Assembly (NCBI GenBank): GCA_964538065.1
Contig: CAZIDG010000011.1
Coordinates: 4,930-68,929, forward strand
Length of the DNA: 64,000 nucleotides
Direction: 5' to 3'
DNA from: an uncultured Verrucomicrobiota bacterium
Lineage (GTDB): Bacteria; Verrucomicrobiota; Verrucomicrobiia; Limisphaerales; UBA1319
Below, one piece after another: positions 53,600 through 63,075 of the stretch. The notes under the pieces are model-generated. The model searched no databases. It saw nothing but the letters and a program-made list of their open reading frames with translations, and was not told the DNA's origin. Every line of letters starts with the position of its first letter. Within the stretch, counting starts at the first letter, position 1. The position numbers and the translations under genes are program-made.

Positions 53600-54856
53600 A
53601 TGGAAAGATTACCTGGATTTCGTGATTTCTATCCCGAGCCACTGCCCAACACAAGCATGTGGAGCGCGGATGTGCGCACCTATATTTTCGATACCTGGCG
53701 CAAGGTCGCCCGCAACTACGGCTTCAGGGAATACGATGGTCCTCCCCTGGAACCACTTGAACTATTCACCACCAAGAGTGGTGAGGAAATTGTGGGCCAA
53801 CTCTATAATTTTACGGATAAAGGGAACCGGGAAATCTCCCTGCGCCCTGAAATGACACCCACCCTCGCCCGCATGGTGGGCGCCCATGAGCGCAACTATA
53901 AGAAGCCCATCAAGTGGTTCGCCATTCCCCAACTCTTTCGATACGAGAGGCAACAGAAAGGCCGCCTGCGCGAGCATTTCCAATTCAATGCGGACTTGCT
54001 GGGGGAAACTGATCCCGCCGCTGATGCCGAACTGATAAGCCTTTTGATCGATGTCCTGAGGGCCCTGGGCCTCACAGAGCAGGATTTTATCGTCCGCCTC
54101 AGCAGCCGCCAGGCCTGGCACCAGTTTTATACCAGTCGCTGCCAGGATGCTGCGAAGGAATACGAGTTTTACCAGATCATCGACAAACTGGAACGAGAAG
54201 ACCCTGCCGTCAGTGATGAGAAGCTCAAGGCGCTGGGTCTATCCCTGGCCGAGATCAAGGACTTCATCAATGCCGCCCAACCCACGCCGGAACTGCAGGC
54301 GATCCTTAATCATCTTGCAGCCTGTGGATTGCGCAGCTTTGTGAAGGTGGACTACAACGTCATACGCGGTCTTGCCTACTATACGGGCACTGTTTTTGAA
54401 GCATTTGACCAAAAAGGCGAATTCCGGGCCATTGCCGGTGGAGGCCGATATGATCACCTGGTTGAACTCATCACGGGTGGCAAGGTTAAATTATCCGCCA
54501 TCGGTTTTGGCATGGGTGACGTGGTGTTGACCGAATTGTTGAAATCGCGCGGATTACTGCCCAAGACCAAGCAACGCATTGACGCCTTCTGCCTGATCGA
54601 AGATGAAACGTTGCGACAGGAATCCCTGGGCCTGATTCACCAACTGCGCTCGCAGGGCATCGCCGTGGAATACTCACTGACTGTTGCCAAGTCTGATAAA
54701 CAATACAAGAAGGCCCTTGATTGTCAGTCCGGCTTTACCATTAAAGTGGAAAAGAACGAATCTGGCACCCTTCAGGTGCGGTGCAAGAACATTGGCACAC
54801 GGGCGGAACAGGTCGTTCCCATGGATCAGGTAGCCCTGGCGTTAGACACCAAGTAA
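53600..54856 (+). CDS. hisS: Histidine--tRNA ligase
   Basis: 'PGFRDFYPE', 'LRPEMTPTLARMV', 'FRYERQQKGRLREHFQFN' and 'GGGRYDHL' class II aaRS/HisRS motifs, plus a C-terminal anticodon-binding domain. Confidence 0.9.
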   Translation: MERLPGFRDFYPEPLPNTSMWSADVRTYIFDTWRKVARNYGFREYDGPPLEPLELFTTKSGEEIVGQLYNFTDKGNREISLRPEMTPTLARMVGAHERNYKKPIKWFAIPQLFRYERQQKGRLREHFQFNADLLGETDPAADAELISLLIDVLRALGLTEQDFIVRLSSRQAWHQFYTSRCQDAAKEYEFYQIIDKLEREDPAVSDEKLKALGLSLAEIKDFINAAQPTPELQAILNHLAACGLRSFVKVDYNVIRGLAYYTGTVFEAFDQKGEFRAIAGGGRYDHLVELITGGKVKLSAIGFGMGDVVLTELLKSRGLLPKTKQRIDAFCLIEDETLRQESLGLIHQLRSQGIAVEYSLTVAKSDKQYKKALDCQSGFTIKVEKNESGTLQVRCKNIGTRAEQVVPMDQVALALDTK

Positions 54857-55957
54857 TTCGCGCTGCCAATTCATCAAGGTGGACATGGCATGGTCTTCCT
54901 CGCAGGCCAGGAGCACCAATGCGGCGCGACTGGCAATGAAGGAGGCTTCCAAGCCCAGTTGCCCAGCCACCTCGTCACGACGCTTTCGCAGGGCTTCCAG
55001 CCTGTGTTTTTCGGCCTCTGTCATGCGCCGGCCATTGGTTCGAATGCGTGTCGGAAGACTTTGAGACGAAAGGGCCCATCCCGCATGGAATGCATTCAGC
55101 AATCCCTCGCGTCGGCGGGCGGTCAGGAAAGGAGGGATGCTGGACTTGACATCATCGAGCGTCGCAGCCTGCGCCATTTTCAACAACAAGTCATGGCTCA
55201 GGATGAAGAATGGCGGCTTATTCGAGTGGATGGCCTCCTTCTCGCGCCAGAGCCACAATTCCTTAAGCACACCCAAATGCCGCCGGGACAGCCGTTCTGA
55301 ACCGGCCAGGCGCCAATCATTCTCTTCGTTGCGGTTACGGACAGCGGCACAGGTTTCCACCAGGCGCGCACATGTTTCCCGATGCCATGAGGCGCGATTC
55401 TTCTCGTTGAGCTGGCCGCGCAGAATGTCCGAAAGAGGTTTTAAATAACGCGTATCGTTCGAAGCATATACCAGCATCCGCGGTGTAAGCGGGCGGCGGC
55501 TCCAATCCGCCTTCTGGGGGCCTTTCTCGAGAGCAACTCCCAGGTACTGGCTCACCAGGTCCATCAAACTAAACCTCTGAATGCCCAGGAAACGGGCTGC
55601 GAGCATGGTGTCAAAAATGGCGCGTGGACGGAAACCGTATGTTTTCGTCAGCAATCGCAGGTCATAATCGGCGCCGTGCAGGATGATTTCATGGGACCCA
55701 AGGATTTCCATCAAAGGTGTCATGTCCACACTGGTGAGGGGGTCGAACAACAAATCGCCCCCGTCATGACTCACCTGCATCAAACACAGTTTCTCGGGAT
55801 AGGAATGCAAGCTGTCGGCTTCTGTATCCACAGAAACCCACTCTGCCTGGCGCAAGGAAGGCAAGGCATCATTCAGCTTAGATTGCGCATCAATCACCAG
55901 TCCAATTAGCGGCATAGGACATAAAAACGAAAGCCAATTCTGCTTGGAACTTGCCAT
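54842..55957 (-). CDS. rnd: Ribonuclease D (DEDD 3'-5' exonuclease + HRDC)
   Basis: 'VSVDTEADSLHSYPEKLCLMQVS', 'HGADYDLRLL' and 'YASNDTRYL' are the ExoI-III motifs. It has an HRDC-like C-terminus. Alt start ATG 55915. The 3' end overlaps hisS by 15 nt. Confidence 0.85.
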   Translation of the reverse strand: MASSKQNWLSFLCPMPLIGLVIDAQSKLNDALPSLRQAEWVSVDTEADSLHSYPEKLCLMQVSHDGGDLLFDPLTSVDMTPLMEILGSHEIILHGADYDLRLLTKTYGFRPRAIFDTMLAARFLGIQRFSLMDLVSQYLGVALEKGPQKADWSRRPLTPRMLVYASNDTRYLKPLSDILRGQLNEKNRASWHRETCARLVETCAAVRNRNEENDWRLAGSERLSRRHLGVLKELWLWREKEAIHSNKPPFFILSHDLLLKMAQAATLDDVKSSIPPFLTARRREGLLNAFHAGWALSSQSLPTRIRTNGRRMTEAEKHRLEALRKRRDEVAGQLGLEASFIASRAALVLLACEEDHAMSTLMNWQRELLGV

Positions 55958-55989
55958 TTAACGTGGAACCCTCACTCTTCATGGGAGTT

Positions 55990-57510
55990 ATGTCCACGCC
56001 TGTTCGAATCGATTTGTTACCGATGGGCACCTGCGTTGAGGTCACCCGAGGCACATCATTGAAGGAGGCGTTGTTCGCTCAGGGAGTCGAGTTTCCCTGC
56101 GGAGGGCATGGACGTTGCAGGGGGTGCAAGGTCAAGGTGGTTCACGGCCAGGCTCCCATCTCCACGGAACAAGCCGATTTGCTCTCGCCCGATGAAATAG
56201 CCGCCGGGTGGCGTCTGGCCTGTCAACTCGTTGCTGACCAGGACATGACGCTGGAGATTGCCCAGTGGGAAGCCGCCATTCTGGCAGACGACACCCCCTT
56301 GACCGCCATGCCACGTGAGGGTTTGGGGATTGCTGTGGATTTGGGCACCACCACCCTTGCCGCTCAACTCGTTGATCTGGCCACGAGCCACGTTCTTGCC
56401 ATCGCAACCGCTTTGAACCCCCAGGCATGCCATGGGGCGGATATTATGACGCGAGTTCAGCATGCACTTGCGGAACAAGGCCGGCTCCAGCTCTTAACGT
56501 TAATTAGAAAGCAAATCGGTTCCATGATCGCCGATTTGCTGCAAAAGGCCGGCCAACCGGCCGATAAGCTCAAAGAGGTGGTGATTGTTGGCAACACCGT
56601 CATGCATCACCTGTTCTGCGATTGTTCCATTGCGCCGCTATCGGCCTATCCTTTTGAGACTCAGGAAGGAGGCTTAAAAACCTATACACCGGCCTCCCTT
56701 GGCTGGCCGTTGCCTGAGGCTGTAGCCATTCATTTTCTACCCTGCCTGGGGGGATTTGTTGGCAGTGATGTGTTGGCCGGCATTCTGGCCACGGGATTGC
56801 ATCAAAGCCATGATATCCAGTGTCTCGTTGATTTGGGCACGAACGGGGAGATTGTTGTGGGTAATCGCACGCGGATGCTGTGTGCCTCCACCGCCGCCGG
56901 GCCAGCCTTTGAGGGGGCACGCATCAGCATGGGAATGAGGGCAGTCACAGGCGCCATATCCGAAGTGAGGCTGGTTGACGGCTCGATGCAATGCACCGTG
57001 TTGGGCGGCGGGACCCCGCGTGGTCTGTGTGGCAGCGGTTTGGTGGACGCGGCACATGCGGGACTTCAAACTGGCGCCATCCAATCCAGCGGACGAATGC
57101 GCGACAAGACGACGCCCTTTATCGTACGCGCCCCGGTCCACGTCACCCAAGCGGATATCCGGGAACTTCAATTGGCCAAAGGCGCCATTGCCGCCGGGAT
57201 CCGGATCCTGCTGGAGCAATTGGGCATGCGTGCTGAAGATGTCCAAAAAGTGTTCCTGGCAGGAGCGTTCGGCAATTACATCAACCGGGAAAGTGCCCGT
57301 CGCATTGGCTTGCTGCCATTTCCAATCGATAGAGTGCTGCCGGCAGGCAACACCGCGCTGCTGGGGGCAAAAATAGCACTTTTATCCGGGGCCAGAGGCA
57401 ACCATGATTTCAGGTGGCTTGACCGAATCAGGCATGTATCCCTAAGCGCTCACGAGCACTTCCAGGAATTATTCGCCGATTCGATGAAATTTGGCGAAGC
57501 AGATGCATGA
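55990..57510 (+). CDS. 2Fe-2S ferredoxin-domain / ASKHA (DUF4445, RACo-like) protein
   Basis: N-terminal 'PCGGHGRCRGCKV' plant-type 2Fe-2S motif, then actin-like ATPase phosphate motifs 'VDLGTTTLAAQLVD' and 'VDLGTNGEIVVG'. The track start is 55951. Confidence 0.72.
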   Translation: MSTPVRIDLLPMGTCVEVTRGTSLKEALFAQGVEFPCGGHGRCRGCKVKVVHGQAPISTEQADLLSPDEIAAGWRLACQLVADQDMTLEIAQWEAAILADDTPLTAMPREGLGIAVDLGTTTLAAQLVDLATSHVLAIATALNPQACHGADIMTRVQHALAEQGRLQLLTLIRKQIGSMIADLLQKAGQPADKLKEVVIVGNTVMHHLFCDCSIAPLSAYPFETQEGGLKTYTPASLGWPLPEAVAIHFLPCLGGFVGSDVLAGILATGLHQSHDIQCLVDLGTNGEIVVGNRTRMLCASTAAGPAFEGARISMGMRAVTGAISEVRLVDGSMQCTVLGGGTPRGLCGSGLVDAAHAGLQTGAIQSSGRMRDKTTPFIVRAPVHVTQADIRELQLAKGAIAAGIRILLEQLGMRAEDVQKVFLAGAFGNYINRESARRIGLLPFPIDRVLPAGNTALLGAKIALLSGARGNHDFRWLDRIRHVSLSAHEHFQELFADSMKFGEADA

Positions 57511-57512
57511 CG

Positions 57513-58382
57513 TCACAGGGCCGGATCCACCCGTTGGAGCAGCACAGCCATCACAAACAAGATTGGAAAGAGGATGCTGGCCATCTCCCCCGCCCCCAAC
57601 GCCAGCCAATCCACCAGGATAATCCCGGCGACCAAACCTGCGCGAGCCAGACGGATGCTGGGTTGTGGACGGGTGAAAAAAAAGTATAAGCACCACGAAA
57701 TCCAGGCGATCAAGGCCACAGAGAGCGACAAGGCGGCCCACCGGTAACCAGCGCCGTTGGCAAATCCTGCCAGAACGATGGGGGCACACATCAAAATGAC
57801 CGGAAACGGCTCACGCTGGACATGGACGACGCCCGCACGTCCGAAACAACCGACGCCAGCCATGTACATAGCGACTGCAATCGCGGACCATACAGCCAAG
57901 CCACTGATTCCCCCCGGAGCAGCCGCCCCGGCAATGAGGTAAATGAAAAAGCGGGTTGTTGCCAACAATACAGGCGCAAGCGCAAGCAAATTATGGGTGA
58001 GATAATACAGGATGATGCTTGCCATCAATAAAATGGATAAAATGGCCAGCGACACGCCAAAGGCAGCCATAATTATCGCCCCGACCATGAACCATCCCAC
58101 TGCCATGAGCAACACGGTCTGCACCGCGATGGCTCCCGATGGAATGGGGCGCTGGCGGCGGCGTTGGGCATCCACCGAGGCGTCACAGGCATGGTTGAGG
58201 CACATGCCACCGACATGGAAGCATGAAACGCCCGCGCATACAGCCACCAAATACTCCAGGGGCCCCCCACCACTCAAGAACCATGCCGCGAGGCAATTGG
58301 ACCACACTGTGGGCAGAGTGGAGACGCGCGCCAATTGGAACAGCGTGCGCAACCATGTGAGAATGTTGAAGCCACCGGTCAT
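57513..58382 (-). CDS. UbiA family prenyltransferase
   Basis: Polytopic membrane protein with 'LNHACDASVDAQRRRQRPIPSGAI' (the NxxxDxxxD..RP..SG motif). The track ORF extends to 58487; ATG 58382 is preferred. Confidence 0.75.
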   Translation of the reverse strand: MTGGFNILTWLRTLFQLARVSTLPTVWSNCLAAWFLSGGGPLEYLVAVCAGVSCFHVGGMCLNHACDASVDAQRRRQRPIPSGAIAVQTVLLMAVGWFMVGAIIMAAFGVSLAILSILLMASIILYYLTHNLLALAPVLLATTRFFIYLIAGAAAPGGISGLAVWSAIAVAMYMAGVGCFGRAGVVHVQREPFPVILMCAPIVLAGFANGAGYRWAALSLSVALIAWISWCLYFFFTRPQPSIRLARAGLVAGIILVDWLALGAGEMASILFPILFVMAVLLQRVDPAL

Positions 58383-58478
58383 ACCGTGCCTTGACCCATG
58401 ATCATCCGGGCACCTTTCAAAAGTGCAAGTCATTTTGAACGATTGATATCTGCAACCTGTTTTTGTTATCCTGCTGAC

Positions 58479-58961
58479 ATGCGGCATAAAATCAGCTCCG
58501 GTCTATTAATGTATCGAGTGAAACATCACCAACTGGAGGTGTTTATTGCCCATCCTGGCGGACCCTTTTTTCAATTCCGCAATGAGGATTGCTGGAGCAT
58601 TCCCAAGGGTGAGGTGGAAGCCGGGGAAAGCTTGATTGAAGCGGCGCAGCGGGAATTTCAGGAGGAAGTGGGCATTCCACCCCATGGGCCATACATGGAA
58701 CTGGGCAATATTCGCCAAAAGAGCGGCAAAATGGTGTTCGCCTGGGCCTTTGAAGGGGACTATCCTGACAATCAACCCATTCATAGCATCGATTTTGAGC
58801 TGGAATGGCCTCCGCTCTCCGGTCGTAAGCAGCGGTTTCCCGAAATCGACCGGGCAGGCTTTTTCACCATGGATGAAGCCCTTCTGAAGCTTAAAATCGC
58901 CCAACACCCCTTCCTGACGCGGCTGGCGGAGCGTGTAAAAGACCAACTGGTGACGCCCTAG
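58479..58961 (+). CDS. NUDIX hydrolase
   Basis: Nudix box 'GEVEAGESLIEAAQREFQEEVGI', with upstream 'FIAHPGGPFF..WSIPKG'. Confidence 0.87.
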   Translation: MRHKISSGLLMYRVKHHQLEVFIAHPGGPFFQFRNEDCWSIPKGEVEAGESLIEAAQREFQEEVGIPPHGPYMELGNIRQKSGKMVFAWAFEGDYPDNQPIHSIDFELEWPPLSGRKQRFPEIDRAGFFTMDEALLKLKIAQHPFLTRLAERVKDQLVTP

Positions 58962-59066
58962 CCCATCCAATCCGCAGCGTGTTCGGGACCACGATGCAAA
59001 ACCATGTCAAAATCATGTGGCATTGGTCCGGACTTCATGCTAAAGGGATTCGCAGTATATTGAGTT

Positions 59067-59924
59067 ATGGGCCTTTTTGGTGGTTCATCTTCTGACGAGA
59101 GTTCCCGCCCCACGGCGGGAGGCTCCTTTGGCCCTTTTCGCCTGCATGAGTTGATCAACAGTGGCGGAATGGCCGATTTGTGGCTGGCTAGCAACCAGAA
59201 GGAGGAGCCCTGTGCCTTGCGTTTAATGCATCGGCATCTGCGCTTTAATTTCACCGCGAAGCGGCGCTTTGTCCGCGGCTGTGAGATTTTGTCCAAGATA
59301 CACAGCCATGAGCAGGTCATAAACTACTATAGCCATGGCAAAATCAATGGAACCCCTTATCTTCAAATGGAGTACGTTGAGGGGGCCAACATGCGCGAAT
59401 TATTCAACCGGAATGATCCGATCCTCGTGGATAAGGTCTGGAGCATACTGGAGGACATGGCCCTGGCGCTTGAACATGTGCATGACAGCGGATTCATGCA
59501 CCTGGATTACAAGCCAGAAAACCTGCTGCTGACCCGAAATGGCCAATTGAAGCTGGTTGATTTCGACCTGGCCATGGAAAGACCAGCCAAGCCGAAGAAA
59601 CTGTGGAAATATGCCGGCACTCCGGCCTACATGGCCCCCGAACAGCTCCTTCACATTGAAGTTGATCATCGAGCTGATATTTTCGCATGGGGCGTTGCGG
59701 CCTACGAACTGCTGACCCGCCGCCGTCCTTTTGTGGGTGATACAACAGAGGATGTTGTGCGCAAGCAGACGGATCGCAGTCACGAATTTACGCCGCCTCG
59801 AGAACACAATCCCGACCTTTCGGTCGGCATGGAAAAAGTCATCGTCCGTTGTCTGGAGCACGATCCTGACAAACGATATCAGGACATGAGCTTTTTATTG
59901 CATGATTTGAAAATGGCGCCCTAG
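59067..59924 (+). CDS. Serine/threonine protein kinase (kinase domain only)
   Basis: 'GGMADLW..ALRLM' (G-loop/VAIK-like), 'HLDYKPENLLL' (HRD-like catalytic loop), 'DFDLA' (DFG-like) and 'GTPAYMAPE' (APE). Confidence 0.85.
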   Translation: MGLFGGSSSDESSRPTAGGSFGPFRLHELINSGGMADLWLASNQKEEPCALRLMHRHLRFNFTAKRRFVRGCEILSKIHSHEQVINYYSHGKINGTPYLQMEYVEGANMRELFNRNDPILVDKVWSILEDMALALEHVHDSGFMHLDYKPENLLLTRNGQLKLVDFDLAMERPAKPKKLWKYAGTPAYMAPEQLLHIEVDHRADIFAWGVAAYELLTRRRPFVGDTTEDVVRKQTDRSHEFTPPREHNPDLSVGMEKVIVRCLEHDPDKRYQDMSFLLHDLKMAP

Positions 59925-60067
59925 CCATCCTGCCCTGAACCAGGGCTGGGTGAAGCATCCTATTCCCCTGCGCCCCTGCGCCCCGGCGCCCGCTTGAGAG
60001 CACCAGCAGGTGGAGATCAGTCACCAGGCCGCGCCATTGCGTTTACTGGCTCACTGACCTGCAAAAG

Positions 60068-61000
60068 ATGAACGACATGGAAGCCCTGTTTCGCGCATGT
60101 CCCGTATGCGGCCAGAATGGCAGCCGACCCCGGCTGCAAAAAGGCGCATTGGAGCTGGTGGTTTGCACCACATGCGGGATGGTCTATGCAAATCCGGTTC
60201 GCGCGGATCTGGCCAGCGGACAATACTATGACCGCATCGGACGACCCTTTTACCTATCCCCGGAGAAACTGGCAGGCGATTATGCCCCCGTGCGGTTTGA
60301 ACGCGAATTGCGCCTTCTGAAGCGTTTCTGTTCCGGCGGCAGGATGCTGGATGTGGGGTGTTCCACCGGCGCCTTTTTATACCAACTGAATCAACAAGAG
60401 CCTGCTCGCTGGCAGGTCCAGGGAATCGACGTAGCCACGGCAGCACTTGATTACGCGGCCAGCCGTGGCGTGGCCGTCATTCGCGACTCGTTCCTGGAAC
60501 ACGATTTCAAGGATCTGCATTTTGATGCCATCACCTTCTGGGCGGTCATGGAGCACCTGTCCTCACCCAAGGCATTTCTTGAGAAGGCAGTCGAAATTAC
60601 TGCTGAAGGGGGGTATATCATCATCCTGGTTCCCAACATACGCTCGCTTGTTGTGCGATGTGTCGGGCGTCGATATCGTTACATCTACGAGGATCACGTC
60701 AACTATTTCGCCCCGGACACCCTAAAACGTTTCATCAGCCAATATGATGGCCTGAGGGTTGTGGAACAGGGTTCCATGCATTTCAACCCCATCGTTCTTG
60801 CACAGGATTTCAGAAGCACGGCAGACCGTGTGCCGGACGAAGACAGGGCGAGGCTGCTGAAAAAAACAACGGGGTACAAGCAGAGCACCTGGGCCAAACC
60901 CCTCCGTCCCCTATACCGCTGTCTGGAACAGATCCTGGGCCGGTTCAACCTGGCCGACAACATTTACATCGTGGCCCAAAAAAGAGGCAAACAGGCTTAA
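60068..61000 (+). CDS. Class I SAM-dependent methyltransferase with N-terminal Zn-ribbon-like CxxC pairs
   Basis: 'CPVCGQ..CTTCGM' followed by 'MLDVGCSTGAFL' (motif I) and 'FDAITFWAVMEHL'. Confidence 0.8.
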   Translation: MNDMEALFRACPVCGQNGSRPRLQKGALELVVCTTCGMVYANPVRADLASGQYYDRIGRPFYLSPEKLAGDYAPVRFERELRLLKRFCSGGRMLDVGCSTGAFLYQLNQQEPARWQVQGIDVATAALDYAASRGVAVIRDSFLEHDFKDLHFDAITFWAVMEHLSSPKAFLEKAVEITAEGGYIIILVPNIRSLVVRCVGRRYRYIYEDHVNYFAPDTLKRFISQYDGLRVVEQGSMHFNPIVLAQDFRSTADRVPDEDRARLLKKTTGYKQSTWAKPLRPLYRCLEQILGRFNLADNIYIVAQKRGKQA

Positions 61001-62136
61001 TCGAGCGTTTTCTGGTAACGTTTCAGGCCAATCGTCAGCACAATGACGAGGAAGACAACAATGGGCCATAGATGAGGCCACGATTCCGTCCAGCCATTGC
61101 CCTTCAGCAAAACACCCCGCACAATTCTCAGAAAGTGTGTCAACGGCAATGCGGAACCGACCATCTGGGCCCACTCCGGCATGCCACGGAATGGAAACAT
61201 AAAACCGGATAGCAGGATGGAGGGCAGGAAGAAAAAGAACGACATCTGCATCGCCTGCAACTGGTTTTTTGCTATGGTCGAAAAAGTGATTCCCACCGCA
61301 AGATTGGCAGCAATGAACACCAGGGCCATCACCATCAACAGGAGCGGATCCCCCATCAACGGCACACCGAAAAGATACCGAGCCAGGAGCAGGATCATGG
61401 TGACCTGGATATACCCCACCATGATGTAGGGCACGATCTTGCCGGCCATGACTTCAAAAGGGCGAACCGGCGTGGCCAGCAGGTTTTCCATGGTCCCACG
61501 CTCGCGTTCCCGGGTGACCGCGAGGGCGGTGATGATCACCAGCGTCATCGTCAACACCACGCCCATGAGACCCGGCACAATGTTGTATTGCGTAATGATC
61601 TCCGGGTTATATTTGCGGTGAATGCGCAAATCCACAGGTCCTGGCGCCATCCTTAATTTTTGCAAAGGACCTGTGAGATCCCGCTGCAGCACATTATTTA
61701 CCAGCGTATTCATGGCTGCGATGGCATTTCCCGTTGCCGCAGGATCGGTTGCATCCGCCTCCAGAAGGATGCGCGGCTGTTCCCCCCTCATCAATTTACG
61801 CGAAAAATCCTCGGGAATGTTGAACACAAACTGGACCTCACCACGATCCAGCAACGCTTGAACCTGGGCTTGATGAGTGGCTTGAATCAGCACATCGAAA
61901 TAACCGCTGTTCTTCAACCCTGCGACCAGCGTTCGGGAAAATGGGCTGTTGTCTGCACAAATGATCGCAGTCGGGAGGTGTTTGGGATCGGAGTTGATGG
62001 CGTATCCGAAGAGAATCAGCTGCATGATTGGAATGCCAATCATCATCCCAAACGTCAGGCGGTCCCGGCGCATCTGGATGAATTCCTTGATGACCATGGC
62101 CCAGAAACGGCGGAAAGAAAAGGCAAAGCGCTTCAT
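60997..62136 (-). CDS. ABC-2 type transporter permease
   Basis: 'FWAMVIKEFIQMRRDRLTF' N-terminus, a large periplasmic loop, then 5 C-terminal TMs. The start overlaps the ATPase stop (ATGA). Confidence 0.85.
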   Translation of the reverse strand: MKRFAFSFRRFWAMVIKEFIQMRRDRLTFGMMIGIPIMQLILFGYAINSDPKHLPTAIICADNSPFSRTLVAGLKNSGYFDVLIQATHQAQVQALLDRGEVQFVFNIPEDFSRKLMRGEQPRILLEADATDPAATGNAIAAMNTLVNNVLQRDLTGPLQKLRMAPGPVDLRIHRKYNPEIITQYNIVPGLMGVVLTMTLVIITALAVTRERERGTMENLLATPVRPFEVMAGKIVPYIMVGYIQVTMILLLARYLFGVPLMGDPLLLMVMALVFIAANLAVGITFSTIAKNQLQAMQMSFFFFLPSILLSGFMFPFRGMPEWAQMVGSALPLTHFLRIVRGVLLKGNGWTESWPHLWPIVVFLVIVLTIGLKRYQKTLD

Positions 62137-63062
62137 GAGAAGTTGTCCCTGGCAGTTTCCATGAGGCTGATGAAAACGTCCTCCAACCCCGAATTGATAA
62201 GTTCCCAGCGATGCGCGCCCTTTTGGAATGGCTGGATGCTGGCATTGAGCAGGTCACGGTCACGTCCGGACACATGAAGGGTATTGCCAAAAGCCACCAC
62301 TTCATCGACCCCAGGCAGCACCCGCAACTGTTCTGCGAGTGGAAACAGGTTCTCCCCTGTGACGGACCATGTCGTCAAACCCGCGGCTGCGATGACCTCA
62401 CGCACCGTGCCGCGGGTCAACAGATTGCCGTATGCGATATAGGCGAGGCGATGACAGCGCTCCGCCTCATCCATATAATGAGTGGTGATCATCACGGTCA
62501 GTCCGCCGGCGGCCAGACGATGTATCTCCTCCCAAAAATCGCGACGGGCCTTGGGATCGACTCCCGCGGTGGGTTCATCCAGGAGCAGCAGTTGGGGCCC
62601 ATGGATGAGGCTGGCTGCCAGTGCCAGGCGCTGTTTCCAGCCCCCGGAAAGCACGCCGGCCAACTGACGCCGCCGCGCCGACAATCCCAATTGCTCCAGA
62701 CTTCTTGCCACCGCCTTTGGGCGATCCTGCACTCCATAGATGCGCGCCACGAAGTCGAGATTCTCCTCAATGCTCAGGTCTTCATAGAAACTAAACTTCT
62801 GGGTCATGTACCCCACATGTTTTTTAATTTCGTATGACTGGGTCAGAATGTCGTAATTGAGGCATCGGCCGCGGCCTGCGTCCGGGATCAACAGGCCGCA
62901 GAGCATCCGCAAAAAGGTTGTTTTGCCGCTGCCATTGGGCCCCAGAAAGCCATAGATTTCACCCTGCCGCACCTGCATGGCAATATTGTTGACCACGTTG
63001 CGGTGGCCATACCGTTTGGTGATGCCTTCCACATCAATAACCAGATCGCCATTCATAACCAC
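62133..63062 (-). CDS. ABC transporter ATP-binding protein
   Basis: Walker A 'GPNGSGKTT', signature 'LSGGWKQRL', Walker B 'LLLLDEPT'. Confidence 0.92.
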   Translation of the reverse strand: MVMNGDLVIDVEGITKRYGHRNVVNNIAMQVRQGEIYGFLGPNGSGKTTFLRMLCGLLIPDAGRGRCLNYDILTQSYEIKKHVGYMTQKFSFYEDLSIEENLDFVARIYGVQDRPKAVARSLEQLGLSARRRQLAGVLSGGWKQRLALAASLIHGPQLLLLDEPTAGVDPKARRDFWEEIHRLAAGGLTVMITTHYMDEAERCHRLAYIAYGNLLTRGTVREVIAAAGLTTWSVTGENLFPLAEQLRVLPGVDEVVAFGNTLHVSGRDRDLLNASIQPFQKGAHRWELINSGLEDVFISLMETARDNFS

Positions 63063-63075
63063 GTCTCCTGCGGAG

